From positions 8,866,001-8,930,000 of the forward strand of contig OZ059898.1 in the NCBI GenBank assembly GCA_964057225.1: a stretch of DNA of 64,000 nt, given 5' to 3'. This DNA comes from Auanema rhodensis. Its lineage: Eukaryota > Animalia > Nematoda. The notes below the pieces were generated by a model that saw only the letters and a list, made by a program, of their open reading frames with translations, had not been told where the DNA came from and made no database searches. Below, piece by piece: positions 38,844 to 53,000 of this stretch (its first letter is position 1; every line of letters starts with the position of its first letter). A program made the translations under genes and the position numbers.

Positions 38844-39744
38844 ATGATACGTAGCTATGAACAAGGATGTGGAAGGTATAAACCTACACTTCGTGTAAGT
38901 TTTTTCTTTTTTTTTTTTGAAAGAAAAATGTTTTTTTTTCTTCTAGTTGACTTGTGCTATCATATCGTTTGCTATTACATTATCCGAGTTTTTACTTGCT
39001 ATTTATGAATATTTGGAATCAAGAGATGGAAATATGTTAGCTGCTATTCTTACTGGTATTTATCTTATTTATAATAATAAATCTTTAATATATTCTTTAG
39101 GTATTTTTGTATTTCATGGATTTATGTCTTTTTTATATTTTTGTGGAATAATACGACAACGTGTTGCTTTATTGTTACCATTTCTTACATTTCAAGTAAA
39201 CATTACATTATAATGATTAATATAAAATTATTTGTTTCATTCTTTTTTCAGCTAATAGGAGTTACTACATTAGGATTGTTGGTGATAATATGGTGGATTG
39301 CAACTATTTTAGCAGCTTTTGATTTAGTCGAATATAAGAGTCCAATAAGTAAGTATTTTTCTTTGTTATTTTGAAATTTGAATATTGACGTGAAGCGTTT
39401 TTTGAGCTTCACGTACATTAAAATATTATGATTTCAGAACGGTTGTCTCTTATAAAGTATAAAAGTATATTATTTTAAACAATATTGTTTGCAGAATTAT
39501 TTTCAACTGCAGAATTTTTTGTGATATCTGGAATTCTTCTCATCGTGGTTTTTGTTATCACTGCTAAAGTATCAATGATCCTCTATAAGGGTTATAAACG
39601 GGTTGAAAAAGAATATTTGTGCAGGTGAATAGACTTAACTATTCAGAATGACATAATTTATTATAATAATTCAGAATTCGTTTTGGAGTTCGAATGGAAC
39701 GAAGTTTATCAAGGTGTACAACTATTCCACCAACTAGTCTATAA
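38844..39744 (+). CDS. Four-transmembrane protein of unknown function (LAPTM/tetraspan-like topology)
   Basis: Six exons: MIRSYEQGCGRYKPTLR|LTCAIISFAITLSEFLLAIY..MLAAILT|GIFVFHGFMSFLYFCGIIRQRVALLLPFLTFQ|LIGVTTLGLLVIIWWIATILAAF..|..FFVISGILLIVVFVITAKVSMILYKGYKRVEKEYLCR|IRFGVRMERSLSRCTTIPPTSL*. Four hydrophobic segments; GI...LLLPFL..Q pattern between TM2 and TM3. Confidence 0.8.
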
Positions 39745-39981
39745 CTCGTACAATTTAAGTAAATAATTTTTAAAATTATTATATTTAATATAATATAATA
39801 ATTAAAATATTAACAAATATATTTACATATGTATATTAATTTTGTATATATTATATACTAAAATATCTAAATGTATCATATCAAATTATTATTATTCTAT
39901 GTGAGAAAGATTTCTAATATTTACATAAATTTATTTTTGGAGAAAAGTATTTATTTACTTATATAAAGCAGATATAGACGA

Positions 39982-40444
39982 TTAATTGTCCCGATTGAAG
40001 ATATTTTGTTGTTCTCTTCTACGGTTCCATCGGCTTTGAGGCCAGCACCAACAGTAAAAGAAGATGAGTACTAAATTAAATTATATTATATTTATTATAT
40101 TTTATTATAAATGTCATTTACCTAATATTAATGGCAAAATAGATATTAAAAGTGTTAATAACACACCAGTATGAATTGGAAATCTACAGCATGATGGTCT
40201 AAAAGTTTTTCACAATTCTGTTTTATAACAATTTACAATATAACTTATTATTTCCTAAATAAAAATGTGTACAACAGTAGCTATATTCATCTGGATCAGT
40301 AGGTGTTGGACAATACGGATGATGAGCTTCAGTAAGATGTTATGTTATTTGTCTAATTAGTTAAAAAAAGAAAGAAAAGTTACCACGTCCATCCGGGCAC
40401 CAGTTCACCGATCGGCCACTCATAACTCCAGGAATGTGAGACAT
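39982..40444 (-). CDS. Small Cys-rich single-pass membrane protein, Shisa-like/STMC6-type (~102 aa)
   Basis: Exons 40444-40384, 40326-40245, 40198-40122, 40070-39982 (309 nt): MSHIPGVMSGRSVNWCPDGRAHHPYCPTPTDPDEYSYCCTHFYLGNNKPSCCRFPIHTGVLLTLLISILPLILVLIFFYCWCWPQSRWNRRREQQNIFNRDN*. C-C-CC-CC ectodomain, one TM, juxtamembrane CWC plus basic patch. True start uncertain because the frame stays open ~31 codons upstream. Confidence 0.8.
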
Positions 40445-43400
40445 GATGAAGCAAGTAATGTTTAACAATCTTGGAGCACTTCTTAAATAAATAAAGCAAT
40501 CGATTAATAAAAGTAAATGAAAAGAGAAACAGTAAAATCAATAATTCAAATAAAACATTTACATAGTATCAGAATAAATCTATGCTATAACTCTGTATGT
40601 ATTATATATAGCAAATCTTAAAGGTCTTTCTGACACCATCTGACTCAACTTTACAATGACAATGCCTGAATACAGAATATCAAAACAAAAAAAATTGAAT
40701 AATATCTAATAATCGTTTGATATTTTTATTGTATAAGGTTAAAATCTTATTCATTTAAAAAATATATATTGTGTGCTTGATACAGTAGGAGTGTTTAAGC
40801 TTGAGTTGATTAAAATTGTAATATGAATGTCAAATTGTATAAATTTTATATAATAAACATCAAACTTAGAACTTTTATAATCAAAACTTCTTCTTAAATT
40901 CTTATGTATTCAATTATTCTTTAGTAACATCATCATCTGGTCATCGTCATTCAGAATTAATTAGGAACATTTGTTCCTAGCTTTCATTTAAGCTTTAAGT
41001 TGTATCGTTCAATTGGAAAAAAGAACGGAAAGTACTACAACCATCTAGATCCTCATCTTTTGTTTCTTTTTTTTTCTTTTTTTTCTGCGCTATATACATT
41101 TCATTCTGTCGTGCAATGAAAAAAAAACTATTTTTCTAAAAAGATCGTTCATGTTTTCGACCAAAATGGTTAACCGGAACGGACTACAGCCAGTAAAATG
41201 CCAATTCGACTGATATTTTGAAGACTACACAAGTCATCTAGCTATCATATTGGCCTATTATTCTATTCATTGTGTTTTTTTTTTCAATTTTAGGTCGAAT
41301 ACCAAAATCTTTATTATGTACATATGTATGTATATTTACATATCTATAATATATTTTTAAAAGATTAATATTAGTATTTGTTTGGGATGTAGTATATATG
41401 TATATAATGTACGAATCTTCTTCCTTTTTCAGTATTACTTGATCATTTGTAGAATTTGTCATCAAGTATTTCAACTTGTGCAAAGTTTTTTTTGTTTTTT
41501 AAATTAAAATATATCTGATTTCAATTCAAAAACTTTATTTCCTAATGCTTTGTGTGTGATGATTAGTTTGCCTTTGTCTTCTTTGTTTCAGCAGTTCAAT
41601 ATGATAGCTCTACTGTTTATGTAGTATGTTTGTAGTCTCTCTTCTTGATTGAATTCAATTTTTTTTCACAATTACTTATCTCAGCAATAAAGTTCAACTC
41701 ACTTTTCTTCTTTTACATTTAAAATAATTTCATTGTCAATGCTTTTCCCGCGGTTGCTCAACATTGGTTTTCAAATCCAATTCAGTTAATTTCGATTTCG
41801 AATTTGACCGTCACACATGATTTTGAGGGAATAACTAAAGTGAATGACATAATCACATTCTTACTATTTTCCTAATTATTAATTTTATTCTTTTTTTTAT
41901 ATTCATTACGAGTTCTCTTCAAATACAATAAGTTCTATTATTATATTCTTCTTGATATAATTTTTTTAATAAAAATATAATTAAGGAAACATTTATATAA
42001 ATTGAATAATTTTAATTGTTTAAAATAATTATTAATATTATGTAGTTTAAACATCAAATATTCGTTTGAAAAGCAAAAGCGTTCTTCAGAAACCAATTGA
42101 AAAAAGAAAATTGTCTCAAGCTTGTTCATGAAACTTCTAAGTCATTAGTCATTTATCATATTTATATCTTTAAGATGAAAAAAGAAAGGAAAGATAAAGA
42201 TGGAAGAAGATGATTCATCAACTTTAAATCCAGAATATACACATGCACCCTGTCATGGTCAAAATGTACATCTTCAGATTTCTATGGCATTTGCTTGTCT
42301 ATCTTTCAAAAATCTGACAATTCTTTGTCTATAATAGATGACAAGATGCTTTTCCTTATAAAGCTTATTCCTCATATTTATAACATATCTGCATGTTTTA
42401 GCCGACATATCTCCTCAGAGATTTATAAAATAATATCAAATCTGTTTATAAATTTGAATTTAATTATTCTATGTAATAAACATCCTACCTTAATTATATA
42501 AAACTTCAAAATGATATAACAATGGATATACAACATGTACATCTTTCATCAAATTTGAAGAAATACTTAAGAAGCCAGCTGTTCAAAGAAAAAACTGAAA
42601 CTGTTAACTTCCATTGTTGGATTATACAAGAAGTAAAGATTTCAATAGGATCATTGTTGTTTGAAATTGAAACTAAAGTCTGCGAACACATGTCTTCTTC
42701 TCTGAAATGCAAAGCGACACGGCTTTCATGTGATGAGAACAGTGAAGACGATGGCGGCGTCGGCGACACAGCTGGCCAATTATGTGTGTTCAGATGAATT
42801 TCCTATTCTGTCTGTCTTCTGTCTGAGGCCCTGAGGGAATTTCTTGGTCTCTTCCCGAATTCATTTACTTTCTAACTCTTTCTTTCTTTACTCTTCATTT
42901 CAATTTTCTGTTGCAATGTCTCTACTCTCTTATTTGTAATTCTCTCTTTTCCTTATATCATCCTTCTCGGGATCCTAAACACCAGGAGGATAGTGAAACT
43001 TAGTCAGAGAAACTTCATAACAGGCTAGGTCCCTCAGCCCATCTTCTTTCTATAGCTTTAGTTCGAAAATTCAATTTCGTGTCCGAAACCTGAAGTGTCC
43101 TTAGTGCCTTTTCTACTCTGCTCTTGCCTCAAGCATGACCTGCCCAATCTCCAGTTCCTCTGCCCATTTCCTTGAAAACCTTTACCTCGTTTTCCTATGG
43201 CTCACTCGCCTTCCTATTTCTCACTTATACATTCGTCTTTCTCTTGTGCACCCCACTTCAAAACCCAATCCGTTCTCATATTTTGCTTTTTCTGGTAACA
43301 ACAATCAGACTTCATATCATTTAGTTTTTTCTTTTTTCTTAGCAAACATCCTAATAACAAATAAATTTTATGTTTTTATACGATAGGTATTTACATAGAT

Positions 43401-46400
43401 TACAATACCTAGAAAACATTCAATGCTAGATCATTTGAACAAATCTCTCTCTCTCTCTTTGATTTCTAATCTCCCCTACCCTCCATTTTGCCTTCTGCTG
43501 CTTATTCATCTTTCTATCCTTTGACATCAAACTGTCTTTTGAAAAAGAAACGGAGGTTCAACGGTCTCTTTTAGCTGTCCAGTTTTGAGATGTCAAGATA
43601 CACAAGGATTACTTAATCCAATCACCCCCAGAGAAAAATTTTCCATGTTATGCTCAAACTCTTTCCATGAATTTTTATGACGAAATGAATGAAGAAATGC
43701 AGGAAATTATTAAAAATGACAAAACTAACTGTCAATGAGGGATGCTTTAAAATTATTTTGTAAATGAGATTGTAAAACAAAAAAAATTTGATGAAGTCTT
43801 TGAAAGAAAAAGTCGTTGAATTTGAATTCTATTATAAACATTTTAGTGAATCGCCTATAAACATTTACAACTTGTGAATTATAAAGATTAGTAAAGAATA
43901 AGAAAGATCATCGACTATGAAAAAGGAAGTTAATGATGGCTATGGAGTTCTAAATGAAAGAGCGAAATACGAAGAACTTAAGTTTATCATTTATCTCTTA
44001 CAAGCAGTATTTCCCATTATTTTCATTTCGGACAAGGTAATTAAGAACTTCCTCAAATAGATGCAAAATGAAGAAAGAAAACTCAAATTGATTGCAATTG
44101 AATTAAAGCTGTAATTGTAATTTTTTTTCTATTTCGAGCATTTCCAATTACTATTTTAATAATTTTTCAGTTCGAATCAATTATTCATTTAATATATATA
44201 TTATATATTTTATTTTAACAAATACTGCCTGTCTATATAATTCTGAAGTAAGAGTGCTAGTGCATCATCTTTATAACTTCGTAAGCTGTTGAAGCTTAAG
44301 ATCATATATCATCGTCAATGATAATGATGATGAGAATGAAGATGAAGATAATATTTATAATTACAACTATGAGGAAATGAGAGAATTAAAAGATAAATAG
44401 GAACTTTTAATCATTAACGAACTCATAAATTACATCACCTGCGATAGTTAAAAGCTGTGGCTCGTGTCTACTACTACTAAGTGACTAACACTTAATGAGC
44501 ATTGCTGACAACATCAGTCGACCTCATCATCTATCTCTTCTAACTATCAACGTAGTTGGATAGGACTAACATGAAAGAGAGGCCGAGAGAAAACGAAATA
44601 GAGCGTAAGATAAAGAAGAATATCCAGGAAAGCCAATTGTCATTTTAGAAATAAACTGAAGAAATAAAAATTTCTTGTTGTAATATATAATTTATTCCTG
44701 TGTTCTGAAGATTAATATCATAGTATTCATAGTTATTCAACAATTTTCTAACTATATTATATAATAAAAATATTAAGTACTAAACAACAACGTCAACAAG
44801 AATTTCTTTAATACTATTTGAATTTAATGAAATTTAATATGTTTAGTTATATGTTAGTTATAAAGTTAAACTACTTCTCTATTTTTTTAAAGTTTAATAT
44901 ATATATATTCGTCTATTTTTGTTTTTTATTTATTTATTTATTACTTCAACTTTATTACGTATATTATATTTATTTTTTCTGAAATATATATTTGAATCAC
45001 ATCATCAAAATCAACGTTCAATAACAACTTGAGTTTCTTATGTTTAATACGTTTGTGATTGTCTATCTACTATAGTTAAGTTATATATTTTAGTTTTAGA
45101 TTTATATATACATGTGCATGTGTATATACAGGATATATTCTGATCTCAATAGAAATATTATAAATGATCATATGCTTCAGAGGCAAGTAGTATCTTATGA
45201 ATACAAATGTCTCCTTGTATGTATACGCCATCTACATACATATATGGAAGATCTTATTGAAAGATAAGCTTCCTCGTTATTCTTCACAACATAAATCTTA
45301 AAACATAGCTTTTCAAATTGACTTCAACCGAATTTCTCCCATCATGTCACTCAATTATTTTGAAAGAAAAGCCGGGAGTTCGTTTACACGCTTTGCTGTT
45401 TTTTCAAATTGTAATAATCATTTTGAACGGTTGTTTGAAAGATTTTTTTATACACTACATATGTATATACTATATATATATATGAAGAAAATGAATTTAA
45501 TATAATGTTTTTAAAAAAATTCTTTTTAATTCATTAGCATATGAATAAAAATCTTTTTAATAATAATTATATTCATTATATGATATATAACCTAAATATT
45601 TTATATTATAATAAGAATAAAGTAAGAATACTTTTTTCGAAATCAACTAGTTTTATCTTTTCTTTCTTTATGTTTTTATGTTTGAAATTATTATCGTAAC
45701 CATCTGATTACATAGACATCAAAACCAATTTACGTACATACTATATCTATCTATCGACATGCAATGTTATTACATTAATTAATTTGATTTATTAATGTTT
45801 TTTTCTTCGAAATTCTTAATGCTTCACTATGTCTTCATATATTTTGGAAAGTTTTGCCGCATAGAAGTCCACTAATCCAAGTGGTTTGATAAACATAAAA
45901 CACATTCTTTCGCCATTTATTCATCCACCTACAACTAACTACATGTAGCTCTTCATGAAATATAAGCAAACTGCTCTAACGTTTTGGTAAATAAGCGAGA
46001 AAATCGCACCAAGGTTCTCTTTTTCGAAGCTCGTTCTTCTTCTAATGTTCAAATAGTTGTTGCTTGGTTATCACACTGAGCTACTTTATTTGCATTTGTC
46101 CTTCTCCTTCTAATTTTCTTTTCTCCGTCTATCAGTCTTAATCTGCCAATTTTAAGACAAAAACTTCAACTTTATTTCACACTACATCAATAAAAACATT
46201 TTTAATAGAGGGATTGTGCTAATAATACTAATAAATATTCAAGTTAACTACAAAATATAAAAAGAAAATGCTCTTTTGATATTAAGTATTCAACTTGCTG
46301 CGTAGCATCTTCTTAGTGTTGATCATCTATACCTGTCATGTTGAAGAGCCTGCATGAGATATGATCCGGATTTGTTGAAATCCGGAATACTTGCAGACAC

Positions 46401-46969
46401 TTTTGAATATTCATAATCATTTGATTAAGAATTTTATTCTAAAACTCTATGAACATTTTAAATAAATGATGTTAATCTATTATAATATGTCATATAAATT
46501 ATGTGTATTATATTATTTTGTATATGTGAATATGCTTTGAAGTTGAAACTGCTAATTTAATCTAATATTCTTTAATATCGCTAATTTATAAATTGTTAAG
46601 TTTAATGATTCTTTTCAGTTTTAATTTTTGACCAATTTTTGATCGAAAAGAATTATTTTACTACAATTTTGTATGCGAACACTTCTTTTTTTTTCAAATA
46701 TGAATGAAAACTAATATTCAGTGAATGCAGATTAGGATTTACTTAGCGTTTGATTTTTTTTTTCTGAAAAAATTTTAACTTGAAATTGAATATTATTTGA
46801 ATGATATTCTTCAGATGCTGAACTTGAGGCCATTTGAGAATCTACAAGCGCTTTTCATTAGAAATCTGAACATTATTAGTTATTTTACCATAAAATAAGA
46901 CTGAGAAAGCTCAGAATAATAGTAATTTTTATCAAAGATTACACATATACATATATGCACATGAATTTG

Positions 46970-46973
<4 letters not shown>

Positions 46974-47047
<74 letters not shown>
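46974..47047. repeat. (TA)37 microsatellite
   Basis: Perfect TA run read directly; it generates the spurious YIYIYI ORF. Confidence 0.97.
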
Positions 47048-47051
<4 letters not shown>

Positions 47052-50000
47052 CACATGCTTCTTTTTCTGTTCTTCTTTTTCTAATTCAGAAACAAAAAAT
47101 CCTTCTTTTCCGTTTTGTTGGCTCATTTTGGTAGGCATTATCGCCATATATTTATGGTAATATCGAAAGAAAATTTTGAAATTAGATTAATTTTTTCTTT
47201 GTCATTCACTTATTTTCAGTCTTTTATATGAAAATTTTAAGAATAGGAATATTTATTCGTATTCTCAAATACATATAACATTTTAACATTTTTGTATTTT
47301 TATATACTATTACAGTACTTAATTTAAATTATTTTTAAAATAATATACATAAACATGAATTATATATACTGAATTATATAATATATATATATAGTTTTAT
47401 GTATTACAAAGTAGTGCATACAATTTTCTTCAATCAAATAGTTTAATTTTTATATTTTAAAAAATACCTGCAATTGAAAAAATTTAAATTATATTTGATT
47501 ATTTGGAGAAGCATTCCTCCTGTATCATTCATACTTGTGTATATTATATAAGCCGTTATTCGTACATATATATATATATATATATATATATGGTAGAATA
47601 TTTTCAATATTAAAGGATTGGGAATTAAATGAATTCAATTCCATTCATGTGGGTGGTTCTTCTCTTTTCTTCTTTTTGATGCCCGTCGATCACGAGCTGT
47701 CCAGTTGGAAATCTTTCTGGTCAGTTCCTAGTAGCTACTTAAATCCTTTTTTCTCATTTAGTTTCTATGACTTGAATGTTGAGAATTTTTTAAAACTTTT
47801 TTTGACGTAAAGATATACGTGTCAACATATCCCATTGTATTTGTTATTATCACACAATGTGGTTGCATCAATTCTTTCTCAATTACTTCGTTTAATGTCT
47901 CGAACCGAGTTTAAAAAGCTGAAAACAATTTATAACAATTGATTATTGTTCCATATTTTTAAAACTTTATTTTGAATTCAACTTAAATAAAAAACAATTC
48001 AATACCAAATGTATGAAACAGTCTGCTTAAAAACATTTATTTTTCTATAATTTGAACTTTTAAAAAGCCACGTCAATATCAAAAATCCTTTTATTTATTT
48101 ATCTTGATTCTTTTCACACTATGTATATTTTATCCTACAGCTGTCATGATTATAGCTTTAGCAAACAGCCTTCACTGTTATTCAATTAATTTACTTTTAG
48201 TATCCAAGTCATTTCAAATCCTCTACTTTGTTCATAAAACCTCATAAAAGTATGTCTTACGTCATATTATGTATATGCTTTTACAAATTTTATTATTTTA
48301 AAAAAATTTTCGATTCTTCATATATCTCAATTATGCATTTTCAAAGCTTCCAATAGCTCTAACTTTTTGAATTACGTACAATTATCTTTTCAGCACCTGG
48401 CATATCAAACTGCCGAACAATGTTCGGTTTTTCTTCTAATACATCCAGCGACTTGCTGGTTGTAACAGAGATGCTGAACTAATAGCGAAAGATGAGAAAA
48501 GCGAATTTGAGAAAATCAGCCTTAGAGCACACTCATGTGTATCTAACTATAAACAAATTGTTTTTTTTTTCTTGTGCTCTACTAATTTTACTTGATAAAG
48601 ACTAATTTAGTTGATTAATAAGAGATGTGAACAAATACAGAAATGTCACATATTTGACTAACTTTAGATTTTTCAATGTTTTTTTTTATTGTTTTCATCA
48701 CTTTCCTTTTGCTTCAAAAACAAAGTTTACATGTTTTTTTTTTCTGTCCAATCGGGTTAGATTTCTTTCAATATAAGGTTGTTATCATTGATCTTCTGCA
48801 TATCTTCATTTGATTCCATGCAAAGCTGCTAAAATTTAGTTATTGTCAATATATACGACAATATAGAAAATCACATATTCACTTTCTTTTTTTTGTTTCT
48901 AACATAGTGGTCCAAAAGCATTTTAGCCCTACTACAATCATCAAAGACTTCGTCTCTGCTTCAGCATTTCAATTCCCTGTAGCCGAGGTGCTCCTTTCGT
49001 CCACTGTTTGTTTATCTGCTAACCGATTTTCAGTTGTTCAATCCTAATTTGGTGCTTCTTTTCCGTTCTCTGGCTCCCTTCACACACAGAGCGTTTCTCC
49101 CTTTATCATCCATATCCTCATTTGACTATTCTTGAGCTTCTCCTGTTTAAATAATTTGCGTTCACACGCCTGTCTGTCAATTTGTCGTCCGTCTTCCACA
49201 TCATCAACATCGTCGACGTCTTCACCGACAGGGATTCAGTCGATAACGTTAAAGCAACGTTTGAATACTAGCATTTTACATATTCCAAGATAAGCTTCAT
49301 GACCTCTGATTTTGTGATATAAGTTTGCAACAATTGAAGAAATGCTCAGCATTATAATTTTCTATATAGGATTTCTAATAGAATTCATAATTTACTTTAC
49401 TATAAATGTGTTAATAACTTAATTTTCAGTACACATTTGAAGAATTTATAGATTATTCAGAATATTCTCAGTAGTCGTATCAAGTCTAAGGATTCGTGCT
49501 TAATTCAGATCTAGAGAGAAATCCTAACGATTCAATTATTTTTAAAAGTTTGCTCTGTAATTTATTGCATTTTGAGCAGTTTTAAAACAATTAAATAGAT
49601 TAAAAGATTATTGTTCAAGGTTTTACATGAGGACATATCGCGTTTTCAAATCCTTTTGCTGTTCTCATAGTAATCCTTAGTTGGTGCTCATTGCAAGCCA
49701 ATACATAACGAACATCTTCATATTTAGATCAACAAAACTCAAAAATATGTACACATATTTAATATGTGAAAAATATTATTTAGCTTGATAGATCAGTTGT
49801 TCCTTGATTTCGTTTTGTTTTGTTTTCGTACAACTAAAATTTATCCATTTACTTATTGCATAATCTGCATATGTCGCTTTTCCTTCAAATGGCCACTGGT
49901 TAGACTCTGTCGTTTATCATCTTTTTTCTTTGTTGAAATACGAGAACAACATTCTGACTTATGTTCAAAGACTTCTTTCAATCACAAATTTTAGATTTCT

Positions 50001-53000
50001 ACAATCACTCCCTCCACCCGCTTTTTTGATTTTTTTCTCTCGTCTTCTCTCTTGCTCATGCTTTCATGTTTCCCTTATCCTTTCTCTGTTTTTTTTCTCT
50101 CCTCTTTTCCCTCTTTCCTTTTTCTCTTCTCTCTCATGGGTATATCTTCTTACATACCCTCCTTCACACGTCACTTACATCATACAAGTATATGCCGTAT
50201 ATAGCTGCTCTCCTATACAATCAACGTATGTATGTTCGTTTAGATGATTTTTGAAACTTTTTTTTTAAATTGTCTTCGGCTCTTCCATCCATTTCGATTT
50301 CCGTCTTTTTCTACGCTCTTCTGTCTTCTTTTAAAATTATAATTTTCTCCTTCTTCCGGTCATGCAGTTCAACTGATAGCCAACTCAACTCAATTAAGTC
50401 ATTACTACTCATACAAATCAATTTTTCACTAACTTATACACATGAAAGTCGGACTATTTTCTTTACAAGCCATTCTGTGCTAGATTCCTCTCAAATCTGA
50501 TTTGTTCGTCCGAGACACTCTTCCGATAACCAAATTTGTGCTCTTTCATCCTATTTTCAGCTTTACTCAACCACTCTTTTGTTCGAAAAAGTAGACTTAG
50601 ATATTTATTTTGAACTTTTCATTATTTATATTATATATTATCTCTTGCTTTTTTAATATTTAATTAATATATACGTATTATTCAAAAGTGCATAGTATAA
50701 AAAATATTTAGACTTCAATTTTAAAACCTTCAAATATTACCTCTAAATAGTGAAACTGTCATTCAACTATGAAGCAAAAACCCTTGATCAATATAAATTT
50801 CAAATACATTTGGTCGGAAAAAAAATTAAGTTTTCGTTGATGAAGTTTGCATAATGAGTAAGCTTGATCTATTACGAAGAAAGCTGCCTCAACATATAGG
50901 ATAATCGATGTTCTATTGTTTTTATGGAAGTTATGTTATGACAATAATTTTAGTTTGAAAACGGCTTTATATTATTCATTATATATCAAGAAAAATCATG
51001 AAGTATCCAGCTTTAGTCAGTAATGAATACTACTTCAAACTCTCAAAAACGGCAACATTTGCCCTATAAGTGCATGTGGTCTTTCGTAGACACTATTGTC
51101 CAATATCTCATTCAATCATCGTGACCTTCTGCTCAAATATACTTTATTTGATACCCAAATGCCTTTATTCTAAAAATCTTTATCGCAATATTTTTTCGAA
51201 ATCTTTTTAGAATTTCTGTTCGTTGAACTGTTAGGTCTAAAGATTCTACATTGATTCATTAAAAGGTTTCAGAGCTGAAGAGAAAAAAAATTAAATTTTC
51301 TGGCTTTGATCGTCATTCCTTATTCACATTTACGACTAAGTTTTCAGATTATGAGAATTCTGAGCAACCATTTCCTACGATCATCAGTTTAATAAAACTT
51401 CTTATGGTTTTCTTTATTCCCCCCTTTCAACACAAATACTATACTTTAGATTATACTGCATCTTAACCAGTTTGTGATATCAAATAGCATTTGGTTGATC
51501 TTTTTAACACCATTCAGTTAACATTTTCTTATATCTGGTATTCGCTTCATATCTCGATTAACAAATAGTTTCAAGTTCTGAAAAACATCTGCTAATAGTA
51601 TGCCAAGAAGTTTTATAGTAAATGTTTCTAAATTTCTACTCAATAGCTTCTAGGTTGATAAGATTGTAATGTTTTATCATTTTATCTTTTCCATACTTTA
51701 TCATCTGTACTTCCATTTTTGAAACTTCAATTTTAATTGAGCCTTCTCTGAGTTTTTATAATCATTTCTACATATCTCAATATACTTATATGTATATTGA
51801 AAACTTATGTGATAGATCTCATATAATTAATCTTCTATACTTAATAATGTCAATCATTTAAAATACCAATACCACCATCTAATTCGCTTATGTTGGATTG
51901 ACCTCAAACAGCACTATCCATTATAGACAGATGATCGAAAGACTTCATCATCATCGCTTTTATTTTCTTCTTATATCATTTTCCCAGATCATCACTAACG
52001 TGCTCCTTGTTCTTAAGTACTGAGTATAGCTTATCCTTCTATTGATACAAAGTTGTCAGTTGTCATCTATGAAATCTATTTTGATCAGATGAATATAGCT
52101 GTAGCCCCTTCCTCAACACTATTAAGCCACTTCTCTTCTTCTCGTTTCGCCACTTCTGGATCTTCTCATCCATTTCCTTCTTGGCTCTGCCTTACGCTAA
52201 CTATGCGTTTGAATTTTCCGTTTCATCTTCTCAACATTGAATCTTTTTCTCTCATTCTCTCCTTCAACTATCTGTGGCATTCCCTTACACTCCCTTCTTT
52301 TTATTAGTATATCCTTAGCTGTTTATGCTTATATAGCTTATGTTGCAAAATATTCCTTTCCCATCTTTTTGCTAGCGTTTGGCGATTCTTTTCGAAGTCA
52401 TTTCAATGTGTAGTTTTGTGTGTTTCGCTTAATATATGTATACTTGCTTGCCTAATCCTGTATGGATCAACTTCATTCGGAAACTACTTGCTCTTTTCAA
52501 GACTCATCTCATGACATTTTTCTCTTTTCATTTCAGGACTTCCCCCCCCCCCCCTTTTCTCTCTTGAATTCTTTCTCACTTGTCTTGATCTCAGCTTGGG
52601 AGAAAAAGGGCTTTGTATTGTGACAGCTCTCTTTTTTGTGTAATTCACTTTTACCATTTGAGAACATAATACAACATACAATTCATCAAGATAACTTCAA
52701 AAAACGTAAAGATGGTAATAAATTATATTTGTGTTTTTGTTTCAACGTAAAATTCTTAAACTTTTAGAAAGATTTGTGTAACGCATCATTTTCAAATGTG
52801 TTCTCTTTTTGGTTTCTCAAAAACAATGTTGACTGAACATTATGGTCATCGAACCCAAATGAAAAGTTTACGTTAAAAAAAGTTCAAACTTTAAATTTCT
52901 GAACCGAGAAATACTGAAAGTCGTGGACCTCAGGAAATTCGAATCTATGGTATATCAAGTTATTGAATTATTCCTGAGAGCCTTTCTTGTTATAGATTCA

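Noticed and set aside
39438-39465. Possible extra exon in the 4-TM gene after tttcag
   Set aside because: One donor shifts the frame; the other leaves an implausibly short (~30-nt) intron.
46364-46386. tccggattt-gttg-aaatccgga hairpin as a possible Helitron 3' end
   Set aside because: No CTRR terminus at the expected distance and no other element features.
46932-47147. 71-aa ORF with YIYIYI repeat
   Set aside because: Artefact of the (TA)37 microsatellite.
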